Part shown: one piece after another, positions 51,158 to 60,861 of the stretch
Position numbering within the stretch: the stretch's first letter is position 1
Layout: every line of letters starts with the position of its first letter
Source: an uncultured Acidaminococcus sp.
GTDB lineage: Bacteria; Bacillota; Negativicutes; Acidaminococcales; Acidaminococcaceae
DNA: 64,000 nucleotides
Assembly (NCBI GenBank): GCA_900554515.1
Contig: USHN01000003.1
Span: 62,760-126,759 of the forward strand
Direction of reading: 5' to 3'
Notes under the pieces: generated by a model
Told to the model about the DNA's origin: nothing
What the model saw: only the letters and a program-made list of their open reading frames with translations
Databases searched by the model: none
Position numbers and translations under genes: made by a program

Positions 51158-53891
51158 CGTCTTCCTCCTTTTCGTAGCATAAGCCTATTTTATCAGAATA
51201 CTGAAGTCGCCATCCTTGGAAATTAGTTCTTTTATGTTCATCTAAGACAAGGGCAAGTTCTCCTTTTAACCAGACACTATTTTTCCAGTCTCTGAATTCT
51301 TTTCTTGTTCTTGTCTCTAGTTCATGGATGATGGCATCCATTTTATACTCAGGTGTAAGAGCTGCTGGCAGACGTATTACCTGGCGGGCAATACGCTGTT
51401 CTTTTTCATAAGGGAGTAAATCCGCAATCTTTGTTCCATCCAGTAAAAAGTATTCTTCCTTGATTTTTTGCAACAAAATAATTTCAAGCGTTTCTTTAAT
51501 ATCCCGAACCGTTGCCTGGCCTCTAATTTCATTTTGCCCCAAACCTTGTTGCGCCCAATCCAGCCAGCCATGAATAGACTTGGCGTTCCGCGGCTTATCA
51601 ATTTGGAAGTCCTGTGCTTTACGTTTAGCCTTATCTCGGTGCTGCTCACATTGCTCTTGGGAAATGCTCATTGCAGCGTCCTTTTCTACTTTCTCAGCAT
51701 ATGTTTTCTGAACTAAGGAAGAAATATCTTCCGGGATATTGATCGTCTTTTTCAAAAGGCTATCCGTTTTCATCAAAAAGTACTTTTCATAAATAGCCTC
51801 ATTGGCCTCCCCATAAACTCCGAAATTTTCAGCCCCCATAATATAAACTTGAGGCGTTTCAAAAGCTGTCGGCCGGGGTATTTTATGGCGATGTAGTCGC
51901 CCTATCCTTTGCAAAATTAAGTCCATCGGAGCAATATCTGTGAATAATACATCAAAATCTATATCTAAGGATTGTTCCAAGACCTGTGTGCCTATAACAA
52001 TCAATCTTTCCGGTCTATTCCCATCTTTTCCGATTTTCTTTTGTAATTCCATTTCCAGTTTAGCTCTATCCGTTGCTAAAAAAGCTGAATGCAAAATAAT
52101 CGTAGGAATCTCCGTGGGGACTAGCAACGCCATTTTTTGCGCCCGCTTTACGGTATTTACAATAATCCCGGCAACGCCTCCTTTTGAGATTTTGCTAAGT
52201 ACCCTATCCATTACGGTTTGTTCATCTGCTTCTATCCGGAAAATTTGGATATCTTTTGACGGTAATTTGGGGAAATCCGAAAACTGTTGCAGCCTGTTTC
52301 CATCCAGGATACTTAATAATGGATACGCCTGATTATCTTCCCAGCCAGAAACAGCTACAAATTCTTCAGAGCCATACTTTCCCAAAGAATACGCTTGTAG
52401 CAACTCATTTCTACGATTTTGTGGCAACGTGGCAGATAAGAGCACAACAGGCACATGATAGGCCCCCAGCCATTCCAACACTTTGTCAAGATAGGAAGAC
52501 ATATAGGCATCATAGGCATGCACCTCGTCAACGATAACCACCTTATTGCTGAACCCTAGATGTTTAAGAAATAAGTGCCGCTGTTTAAGCCCCATCAGTA
52601 ACAAGTGGTCAATCGTTCCTACCGTAAATTCTTCTAGCACAGACTTTTTCCCAGCAAACCATGCGTTAACAGTTACGGCCCCGCCGCCCTCATCCTGGTT
52701 AATGTTCTCTGCCTTTGGCAGATTAGAAAAAGAGGAATTAAATTGTGCTTTGCCATGCATCAATCGTATAGAGAGATTCTTTCCTTCTTCCGTTCCGATT
52801 TTTTCGATCCAGTTTTTGATACGATCAAACATAACGTTACTGGTAGCTTGCGTTGGGAGCCCCATATAAACTCCTGTCCGTCCACTTTGAAAAGCAAGCT
52901 GTTCAGTAGCCGTCAATGCAATTTCTGTTTTTCCAACTCCCATAGGAGCCTCTATAATAAGAATACCCGGATCCTCAGCCTGTCCGATTTCTTCTGACAT
53001 TTTCTTCTGCACTGGACGAGGTGAAAATCCCCATCGTTTTCTATAATGGGCCGGGATATCTGCTACTTTTTCCGGCGTCCACACATCTTCCTGCAGCCAG
53101 TTCATAATAGCCCTTTGATATCGTGCTTTAATATCTATGTCGTCAAAAGTTTGTTCTATGTCGATAAGAGGAAACATCGGCTTTGCAGGATCGCCATTCA
53201 AATATTCGCTAGAAGCTACCCAATCCGCCATAATAAGTAAGCCCGTTAATAAAACAGCCTGGGACTGGGTAATTTCTGGTATATCCGACAAGCTTGCATA
53301 CTCAGATAATTTCAATCCATAATTGATAAGTTCTTGCTGCACATTTTTCCAATTGGTCTGAAGTGGAGAAGGTCTTTGCGTCTGCCAATAATTAGAGGCA
53401 AATCCCCTTAGCTGCGTCCTAGGAACTTGGCTTTCCGGCTGACCATGATGTCCTCCAATAATGGCCGCTACTGTTTTGTGCAATCCTCCGTATTCTAAGA
53501 TAGCCTCTCCAGCCCGGTTATGGGGTGATCTATTGGCATTGGGTAAGTCTAATTTTCCCATCCCCTCAAAACCAGCCATGACCAATTTTTCCCATAATAT
53601 TTCATCCAGTGACTCACTATACACATAAGAACGTTTACTTTGAAACGCAGGAGTTGCTTTTCCGATGTCATGGATATAACCTAGAAAGGCAACCAGCTGT
53701 TCAACCTCATCAGAAGAAAGGGCCCCCTCCAATACTTTTCGTTGCCCATCGGACAACCAGTGATGAAAGAGCCAAAGAATTGTGTTCTTTGTATCTAACA
53801 AATGTGCCAAAAGTGGGAGCCACGTAGCCCGTCCTTCTATAAGAGATTTCTTCCCCCACAAGTTCTTCGTTTTTTCAGATAATTTTATCAT
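51138..53891 (-). CDS. cas3: Cas3 HD nuclease-helicase
   Basis: HD domain (HLLD, HDIGK, HH, ADW) plus SF2 helicase motifs (APMGVGKTE, DEVH, SAT, TQVLEQSLD, QRIGRLHRH). All motifs appear intact. Confidence 0.97.
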   Translation of the reverse strand: MIKLSEKTKNLWGKKSLIEGRATWLPLLAHLLDTKNTILWLFHHWLSDGQRKVLEGALSSDEVEQLVAFLGYIHDIGKATPAFQSKRSYVYSESLDEILWEKLVMAGFEGMGKLDLPNANRSPHNRAGEAILEYGGLHKTVAAIIGGHHGQPESQVPRTQLRGFASNYWQTQRPSPLQTNWKNVQQELINYGLKLSEYASLSDIPEITQSQAVLLTGLLIMADWVASSEYLNGDPAKPMFPLIDIEQTFDDIDIKARYQRAIMNWLQEDVWTPEKVADIPAHYRKRWGFSPRPVQKKMSEEIGQAEDPGILIIEAPMGVGKTEIALTATEQLAFQSGRTGVYMGLPTQATSNVMFDRIKNWIEKIGTEEGKNLSIRLMHGKAQFNSSFSNLPKAENINQDEGGGAVTVNAWFAGKKSVLEEFTVGTIDHLLLMGLKQRHLFLKHLGFSNKVVIVDEVHAYDAYMSSYLDKVLEWLGAYHVPVVLLSATLPQNRRNELLQAYSLGKYGSEEFVAVSGWEDNQAYPLLSILDGNRLQQFSDFPKLPSKDIQIFRIEADEQTVMDRVLSKISKGGVAGIIVNTVKRAQKMALLVPTEIPTIILHSAFLATDRAKLEMELQKKIGKDGNRPERLIVIGTQVLEQSLDIDFDVLFTDIAPMDLILQRIGRLHRHKIPRPTAFETPQVYIMGAENFGVYGEANEAIYEKYFLMKTDSLLKKTINIPEDISSLVQKTYAEKVEKDAAMSISQEQCEQHRDKAKRKAQDFQIDKPRNAKSIHGWLDWAQQGLGQNEIRGQATVRDIKETLEIILLQKIKEEYFLLDGTKIADLLPYEKEQRIARQVIRLPAALTPEYKMDAIIHELETRTRKEFRDWKNSVWLKGELALVLDEHKRTNFQGWRLQYSDKIGLCYEKEEDGEGTAL

Positions 53892-54051
53892 GTTTATAAC
53901 TCCAGGCATCTTCCAACACAATAATTATCCCAAACATTCCTGGCCCCATCCATTTTTCTGCCAAACGGGTCAAAAATATTCCGGCCTTAATACTCTGTCA
54001 GTCGCTCGTGAGTCTTGATATCCTGAATGGCATAGGCGTGGTGATATTACT

Positions 54052-54134
54052 CCCCCACCACCGGGCAAGCCCGGTCCCCCGCCCCCAAGGGGGCGGGGGA
54101 CCAGCTTAACAGGACGTGTTGCTGGTGGTGGGGG
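54052..54134. repeat. GC-rich nested palindromic element (REP/MITE-like) upstream of cas3
   Basis: Outer arms CCCCCACCACC (54052-54062) and GGTGGTGGGGG (54124-54134). Inner hairpins ACCGGGC-AA-GCCCGGT and GGTCCCCCGCCCCC-AA-GGGGGCGGGGGACC. Confidence 0.75.
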
Positions 54135-54190
54135 CTAGGGTTCTATGGCTTACTTCTCCGTTGCTATTCACACATGATATTCTTCCCAGT

Positions 54191-54199
54191 ATTGTACCA
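54191..54199 (-). promoter_or_regulatory. Candidate extended -10 promoter for the cas operon
   Basis: TGGTACAAT on the minus strand, about 300 bp upstream of cas3. Confidence 0.35.
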
Positions 54200-54374
54200 T
54201 AGAATATTTGCTAAATACTGTTTTATCATACTGGACGAAGGCCCTTTTTACAATACGATTTCGGAAATCAGCCTTTTCGTGCGGCGATAATGAAAGGGGA
54301 TTTTGTGATGGCAGTTTTTACCCGGCAAAATAGTGGAAAGTTTGACCTTGGAATGACTTCTTCCCCATTGCCGT

Positions 54375-55646
54375 TTACAACAAAATATGTCTCCTTTTTA
54401 ATGCTATTCCCATAGCTATTGTAACAACGCTTTCTGTAATAAACATGGTAACAGAGACACCATTTTCCCGATATAGCAATATAAGAGGAACAATAATGAG
54501 AAGGTTTAAAACAGAAACCAATAACAATATTTTACTATAGATTTTTTCCATTCCTAACGGAAGCATTGTCTCATATCCAAAAATATTACTGAGAGAAACA
54601 ATAAGGGGTACAAAGGCCATGATCTGCAATGGTAAAATTGAATAAACGTATTTACTTCCGAGCAACCATGGAATCACTATAGGGGCCCCAACCAAGATAG
54701 CTACTCCTCCTGCAATTCCACAAATCACATAAGCAACTAGCTGCTTTTTTAAAAAGCGGATGGCCCTTATAGGGTCTCTTTTGAACTGCTGGCTGATATA
54801 AGGATAAACAGCATCGTTAGTCGCGCTAATTCCACGTTTAATGCAATTCAATAATTTGTCGGCCCCGCTATAATACCCGACAATAGTATTATTAGTAATT
54901 ATCCCCAAAAGGACTATATCTGTGTTGGTATATAAACTAATGGCCAAATTAGAAATAAAAATTTGCCGGGCTTCTTTAAATACTTCTTTTATGTGTACCA
55001 GGGTTGGCATTTGGAAAATTCCGGGGAATATATGTGCAATTAAAAAAAGAGAAAGTACCCCTGCGATAAAGGGGGTACAGGATTGGAGGAATGCCGCTAA
55101 AATATAATCATTTTCCGATGAAACAAATGCAAAGATGCATAATATGGAAAGCGTTCTTCCCATTAAATTGATAATTGTAATGTATCTCATTTGTTGGATT
55201 CCCTGAAAAAACCAAATAGGAAATAACACATTTCCTATTACACCAATATAAACGGCAACAAATAAATGCCAATCAATCCTAACAATTTGCAAAAGATTAC
55301 CAAGCCAGAGAAGTCCACAAAAACTTACCGAAACAAGCCCTAGTAAAAATACTTTAGACCACATATACGTAGAAAAGATTAATGGAATTTCTGCTTTAGA
55401 GCTTTGTGCCAAAGCGCGTGGAGCAGTTAAATTAAATCCATAATCAATAAAGAGATTAAAATACACTATAATCCCCTGCATAAATGCAACAGCGCCAAAA
55501 TTAGCTGGCCCAAGCACACGTAATAAATAGGGGACTAATATAAAAGATAATATATATTCCAATCCACGCAGCGTGAGCATTGAAAAGATATTCTCAATAA
55601 GAGAATTTTTGAGCTTCACTACACACCTCACATATGATTTAAACAC
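54375..55646 (-). CDS. wzx: Wzx polysaccharide flippase
   Basis: Many TM segments; PYLLRVLGP..FG, DYGFN, WFFQG and VGYYSGADK motifs. Confidence 0.9.
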   Translation of the reverse strand: MFKSYVRCVVKLKNSLIENIFSMLTLRGLEYILSFILVPYLLRVLGPANFGAVAFMQGIIVYFNLFIDYGFNLTAPRALAQSSKAEIPLIFSTYMWSKVFLLGLVSVSFCGLLWLGNLLQIVRIDWHLFVAVYIGVIGNVLFPIWFFQGIQQMRYITIINLMGRTLSILCIFAFVSSENDYILAAFLQSCTPFIAGVLSLFLIAHIFPGIFQMPTLVHIKEVFKEARQIFISNLAISLYTNTDIVLLGIITNNTIVGYYSGADKLLNCIKRGISATNDAVYPYISQQFKRDPIRAIRFLKKQLVAYVICGIAGGVAILVGAPIVIPWLLGSKYVYSILPLQIMAFVPLIVSLSNIFGYETMLPLGMEKIYSKILLLVSVLNLLIIVPLILLYRENGVSVTMFITESVVTIAMGIALKRRHILL

Positions 55647-56323
55647 TCGTTTTTGAGTGTCTGATTACATTGTCGCAACTTGTATATGAAAATCATGGCT
55701 ATCGTTCCTATGACTCCCACAAAAAATCCTGCAATGCTAACTTTTATAAGGGTCTTTTTTTGATCTTTTAGTACTACTTGTGGAGTGGTTTTTCCTGTAC
55801 CAATAACAGAAAATGATACTTCCGGTGCCGTTTTTTGGATCATTTTTTCACTTTGTCTAACAAAATTATCTGCTAAAAAATCACCATGTTCACTAAGATA
55901 TACAGCATTATTTGTAATTTGGGGATCAAAATTGACCACAATCTTAAAGACATTTCTGTGAAGAAATTCTATTCTTACTTTTTGTTGCAACCAAAGCACC
56001 TGTTCTGATAAATTCTTTCTTTTCCAAGCACTGTTAAGTTTTGTAAAATCAAACTCTTTATCCGAAGTATTTTTGATAAAGTAATAATAATTTTCTGATG
56101 AATTTAAAATAGTATCATAAGCAATCTCATTATTATTCTCAAAAGTTTGAATTTTTATCATTCTCATAAACGTATATGCTCCAGATCTTTCTGCAGCATC
56201 AGTAAATGACCATTTTATTCCAGTTAATAAGAGCCCTGTAACAAGCCCAACTATGACTATCATGATTTTATTTTCTTTTAAGATATTGGAGAACATCTTT
56301 AAGACATTAATTCTTTCTTCCAA
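55628..56323 (-). CDS. Wzz/chain-length-regulator-like membrane protein
   Basis: Two terminal TM helices flanking a soluble domain, located between wzy and wzx. Confidence 0.5.
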   Translation of the reverse strand: MEERINVLKMFSNILKENKIMIVIVGLVTGLLLTGIKWSFTDAAERSGAYTFMRMIKIQTFENNNEIAYDTILNSSENYYYFIKNTSDKEFDFTKLNSAWKRKNLSEQVLWLQQKVRIEFLHRNVFKIVVNFDPQITNNAVYLSEHGDFLADNFVRQSEKMIQKTAPEVSFSVIGTGKTTPQVVLKDQKKTLIKVSIAGFFVGVIGTIAMIFIYKLRQCNQTLKNECLNHM

Positions 56324-57890
56324 GATATTGTGCCTCTTCCTTTTTCCAGAAAATAGCCATCATTAATCCCAGGACAATAAATATACCAAAGTGATCCTCA
56401 TTTGCCAATAAAGCAATATTCAACCCTAGAAAAGTGATGATTGTCGCCATAATCTTCTCATTTTTTGAGATCGCCTTCCACTTTCTAAATACCTTGACCA
56501 ACAAGGCACACGCAGGATATATGAATAAAATCAAACCTATGATTCCCTGCTCAGCAAAAATTGTCAGGATATGATTGGTATCAGGGAACCCAGATTGTAT
56601 AGGTCCTGCGTCAACCATATACTTTAACCAAAGTTTTACTTCTCCTACATTTTTATCTTCGTCCGTCAATTGCGCATTGATATACTCATTTCTCATGTAG
56701 ATACCAACACCAAACAGAGGATGTTTGGCACCGACCTTCAGCGTTGCCAATGCGTTGACCTTCCTGGCCGAGTTACTTCTTTTATTGCCAGTAACGGACG
56801 TCACATTATTTCGTACATATTCCTTTGCACTAATAACCTCATGGGAATCGGCCACTTTACTATCAATTGATCTAAAATTTGACATAATCCCTAAGGAAAT
56901 AAAAAATGCTAGTGCTGTGCATCCAATAAATAAACATATTCTCTTGTATTTTTCTTTCTGAACAAAGGGCGCACAAATACACGCCCAACAAAGAAACAAT
57001 AAAAGCTCTATTCCAACGACAACGTTACCAGTTCGAGCCTTTGACATAAAAAGCATTATGATCAAGCAGCAGTAAATAAAAATTTTTAATACCGAAGGAG
57101 CTTTTGTTCTATTAAAAAATTCAGTAAAAAATGGTGGAATTGCCATAGCTAGGAATATTCCTAAATGGCTGGGCTCCGGAAAAAGGCTGCGAAGCTGCAA
57201 CCGATCCCAAAATAAAGGTGGCCACCATCCTTGTCCAGAAGCCACATCAAAAATCCTTACATTAATCATCGCTAAAATATCTTTACAAAAAGGGCTTCCA
57301 CAGAGAAATCCAACTTCTACTACTGAATATGTAATTAAAAATAGTGAGGCTATCACCAGGGATTTCTTGAAATCTTGTAACCCTTTTTTCCAATCTTGAT
57401 AATAGATATGATATATCCAAAACGAGATCAAAAAAGATGATGTAGTATAGGCAATAGAATTTCTTATGGCACGATATAAAAGCCAGCTCTTTAAAAAAAA
57501 CAACTCCGAAATCTCAGGGTAAAGATGCTGCAAATTATAGAAGAGATTCTTAAAACTACGCATCTGATTTAAGTCAATATTAGCAAAAGAAGGGTAAAAA
57601 AGAACTCCTAAAACAGAACATAAAAGCGCCCAAAAAAATACGATTTTTAAAAATCCTATTATTTTCTTCTCAAATTCAGTTAGTGAATTTGGATATATAT
57701 AGCTTTCAATGAAAAAAGCAATAACGCCCATTATTATAAAAACATAAGCCAAATAATTCCCTGCAACAGGGAACTTAAGACGCCCAGTCATGATAGGAAT
57801 TGTTGAAACACCGCAAATAAAACATGTTCTCTGTATTTCCAACAGATGCTCTTTCAGTCTTTCACCCGTTTCCATCATGATAGTAACCAT
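56307..57890 (-). CDS. Wzy polymerase / O-antigen ligase family protein
   Basis: Polytopic membrane protein with R..SLFPEPS, SKART, HPLFGVG and EQGIIGL (Wzy_C-like) motifs. Confidence 0.8.
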   Translation of the reverse strand: MVTIMMETGERLKEHLLEIQRTCFICGVSTIPIMTGRLKFPVAGNYLAYVFIIMGVIAFFIESYIYPNSLTEFEKKIIGFLKIVFFWALLCSVLGVLFYPSFANIDLNQMRSFKNLFYNLQHLYPEISELFFLKSWLLYRAIRNSIAYTTSSFLISFWIYHIYYQDWKKGLQDFKKSLVIASLFLITYSVVEVGFLCGSPFCKDILAMINVRIFDVASGQGWWPPLFWDRLQLRSLFPEPSHLGIFLAMAIPPFFTEFFNRTKAPSVLKIFIYCCLIIMLFMSKARTGNVVVGIELLLFLCWACICAPFVQKEKYKRICLFIGCTALAFFISLGIMSNFRSIDSKVADSHEVISAKEYVRNNVTSVTGNKRSNSARKVNALATLKVGAKHPLFGVGIYMRNEYINAQLTDEDKNVGEVKLWLKYMVDAGPIQSGFPDTNHILTIFAEQGIIGLILFIYPACALLVKVFRKWKAISKNEKIMATIITFLGLNIALLANEDHFGIFIVLGLMMAIFWKKEEAQYLGRKN

Positions 57891-57920
57891 TTGCTAATAA
57901 CCCCTTTGAAGAAGATAAAT

Positions 57921-58955
57921 CTATTGTTTTTTACTTGCTATGGTAACAGCTGTTTCAAAAGCTTTCTTAGTAAAGAAACCAGAAATCACTTTTTTCTGTA
58001 ACACTGCTATATTTTGGAGATACTCTTGATAATCTTCCAGTTTTAACGTATCAATGAATGCTCTAATTTCTGATAAACTGCTTACGGTAAAACCAATATG
58101 ATAGTCTCTTACTATTTTGGCAATAGCGGCCTGCTCCCACGTAATAACAGGTAGTCCCGCCGCAATGTATAACGATAACTTATGGGGGTAGTTAACTTTA
58201 AGATAATTCCCATTTAATCCGGTACAACCATTAATGGAGTTACCATCCCAAACCAAGCCAAAACTCCCCTGCAATTTAAAAGGAATTTCTTCCGGCGAGT
58301 AACTCCCTACCCAATGGACTTTATTTTTCAAGTCAGTATCCAAATTAGGCCCATATAAGTTAAAAGATACATCTGATGCTTTTTCCGTGAACTCCCGGAT
58401 GAACTGGCTCTTTCCAAGATTTCCAGCAAAGACAATCTGCTTTCCGAATTTATAGTTATTCTGTTTAGGAATATCTGTCAATAAATAATCAAAGATATCT
58501 ACATTAACAACAGGAATCGTAAGGCCGTGGCATCTTAAGCAATCCGTCATCTTTTGATTATGTAAAAGCACAACACAAGCTTTATTCAAAATATTAATTT
58601 CTTTATCAATATCTGTATTAAATCGTATGGAATCTACATCATGAATTAATAAAATCGCTTTATTATTTTTCAAAATATGGTAGAACTTTTCTCGCAGTAA
58701 AGAATTATAGTTGTAATGGGGATATTGGATAATAATCACCTTATCTCTGCAATGTCGTTCTATATCCTGCAAGCACAAGAAATTATGACAAAATGTCCGC
58801 ACATACGTAAGAAGATTACGCCTTCCAGGTATTGTATACAGTGTTGTTAATTTGGGGTATACTTCACGTAACACCTGCTCAATATCTTCAACTCCTTTTC
58901 CTCCCGCGTGCTGCTGATGAGGCGCTTGTTCACTGATATATACAATATCCGACAT
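57921..58955 (-). CDS. Glycosyltransferase, galactofuranosyltransferase/Gtf3-like
   Basis: AGGKG..D, LIHD, FAGNL.KS, FGLVWDG and NYPHKLSLYIAAGLPVI motifs. Confidence 0.85.
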   Translation of the reverse strand: MSDIVYISEQAPHQQHAGGKGVEDIEQVLREVYPKLTTLYTIPGRRNLLTYVRTFCHNFLCLQDIERHCRDKVIIIQYPHYNYNSLLREKFYHILKNNKAILLIHDVDSIRFNTDIDKEINILNKACVVLLHNQKMTDCLRCHGLTIPVVNVDIFDYLLTDIPKQNNYKFGKQIVFAGNLGKSQFIREFTEKASDVSFNLYGPNLDTDLKNKVHWVGSYSPEEIPFKLQGSFGLVWDGNSINGCTGLNGNYLKVNYPHKLSLYIAAGLPVITWEQAAIAKIVRDYHIGFTVSSLSEIRAFIDTLKLEDYQEYLQNIAVLQKKVISGFFTKKAFETAVTIASKKQ

Positions 58956-58970
58956 CTACGTGTCTCCTTT

Positions 58971-59762
58971 TTAAATCTTATTTTTTATCTTTTTAATTAA
59001 ATATGTCAACCCGTACATTTCGTAGGTAGCAACAACACGACATAGATAAAAAGCAAGTCTGTCCGGTATTCCTAATTTCCTATAAGTATCATAGTATTCA
59101 TCAATTTTTGCGTTATATTGCTTCATTTCCTCAGATACCCAAGATGCAGAATACTGATGAATCACATAGGTATTAGCAGTTATATTGACTTCTCCTGTGT
59201 CGAAATGCTTAGCACAAAGGTAATCAAAAGGGAGAATAACCATGTTTTGTCCAAAATGAAGCTTTTTACCGTCCAAGGTCAGATTATATTTTTGAGTAGT
59301 CAATTTCGTAACGACCTGAACGTTTGTCGTCATATCCAGTAATCCATTCTTTTGTAAAAAATGTCTCCGGTCATAATCATGTAAGAGCATCCCAATCCAT
59401 TCATTTTCCAGACAGGCACCTAGAGTGCCTGTCTGGATATGCGTCTTTGACTCATATCCACACACCGCATCATAGATGCGGAGAGGGTCTATTGATTTAA
59501 CCATCTCCACATCCGTATCCATATAAAAGCCCCCTTCTTCATAGAGGACTTTTAAACGAGCATAGTCTGACACAAAAGCCCATTTTTTTGCTTCATAGGC
59601 TTCTCTGCAGTAGTTATTTTCATTGATATCAAAGTTGGACTCATTCCATTCTTTGATTTCATAGTCTGGGCAATATTTTTTCCATGATAGGATATTTCTT
59701 TGTACATCATCTGGTTTTGGAGCCCCACCGAACCAGCAATAATGGATAATTTTAGGAATCAA
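58971..59762 (-). CDS. GT32 (DXD, Och1/capsule synthesis-like) glycosyltransferase
   Basis: MIPKIIHYCWFG, AFVSDYARL and GGFYMDTDVE motifs. Confidence 0.92.
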   Translation of the reverse strand: MIPKIIHYCWFGGAPKPDDVQRNILSWKKYCPDYEIKEWNESNFDINENNYCREAYEAKKWAFVSDYARLKVLYEEGGFYMDTDVEMVKSIDPLRIYDAVCGYESKTHIQTGTLGACLENEWIGMLLHDYDRRHFLQKNGLLDMTTNVQVVTKLTTQKYNLTLDGKKLHFGQNMVILPFDYLCAKHFDTGEVNITANTYVIHQYSASWVSEEMKQYNAKIDEYYDTYRKLGIPDRLAFYLCRVVATYEMYGLTYLIKKIKNKI

Positions 59763-59901
59763 TCTATTCTCCTTGGCATAGTTTAAAGGAAACAGCTTGA
59801 CTAATGCATAATTCTCCAGGAAAGGTCCAGTAAGTACTTTCTCAGTACTTTATTTTCAAATTTGCAATTCCCTAGAGTTCACTGTACTCCTATTTAAATT
59901 T

Positions 59902-60783
59902 CTATATTGCTAATAACCGTACCCGGCTAAAAGATTCTATCTTAGTATTACAGTTAGAAAAAAGCAGCTCTTTTTCATGTCTCTTTACATTTGCGGTATA
60001 GTGAAGGGTATATAAAAATTGTGTAGAGGCACCATAAAGATTTCTAATTTGTTGAACATTATCATAGGTAGCAATCCATTTATGATATTCCAGATTTTGT
60101 ATGGCATCGGCGAGTTGCTGATGGTAATGATCCGTTAAGCCATTTTTGTATAAAGACTTTCCCTGTTCATAATAAGGAGGGTCAAAGTAAGTAAACAAGT
60201 TTTTCTTGTTATATTTGGGCAAAACTTCCTTTATAAAATAAATACCATCTTCTGAATAAAGATGAATTTTGTTAGAATACTTAGCAATATCTTCGATCTT
60301 TTTAACAATCACGGGAATATTAAATCTACAATCTAAATGATATTTTGAAGTCTGTCGAATCCCGCCGATTGGTCCACCAGTAATTATTCCGGATCTATTT
60401 GTTCTGTTTAAAAAGAAAGCTGCATAGGCAAGATCAAAAGAATAACCGCTAATATCTTTTAAATGATTATAAATCTCGTGCTGTCTATGCCACTCATCCA
60501 TAGTGATTGGTGTTTGCTGTATTTTATTAATAAAACTGTCAGTATTATGAATGACAGCATTCCAAATTGAATATATTGCTGAATCAAAATCGTTTAAGAT
60601 AATTTCTTCTACTTGTCCAGCCAGCAAAAGTGTTAGTGCGATTCCAGCTCCACCGCAAAACGGCTCGCAATATATGGGGTTTTCTATTTCATTTAGCTGA
60701 ATCGTATGATATACGAACTTTGAAAGCTGTGTCTTACCCCCAGGGTATCTAAGAATAGACTTTGTTATAGGCATGGAAACCAC
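59902..60783 (-). CDS. Dam-like (D12 class) N6-adenine DNA methyltransferase
   Basis: LRYPGGKT, EPFCGGAG (SAM binding), ND.D and YFDPPYY (catalytic) motifs. Confidence 0.93.
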   Translation of the reverse strand: MVSMPITKSILRYPGGKTQLSKFVYHTIQLNEIENPIYCEPFCGGAGIALTLLLAGQVEEIILNDFDSAIYSIWNAVIHNTDSFINKIQQTPITMDEWHRQHEIYNHLKDISGYSFDLAYAAFFLNRTNRSGIITGGPIGGIRQTSKYHLDCRFNIPVIVKKIEDIAKYSNKIHLYSEDGIYFIKEVLPKYNKKNLFTYFDPPYYEQGKSLYKNGLTDHYHQQLADAIQNLEYHKWIATYDNVQQIRNLYGASTQFLYTLHYTANVKRHEKELLFSNCNTKIESFSRVRLLAI

Positions 60784-60861
60784 CTTTCTCCAATGGTCTT
60801 ACACTTTCTTCAAACACCTCATTTCTGAAACAAATAATAAAATATGGTATTTGAACAAAAT

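Noticed and set aside
53519..53531. TGGGGTGATC inside cas3, resembling the end of the CRISPR repeat
   Set aside because: Short, inside coding sequence, with no hairpin partner or periodicity; not a mini-array.
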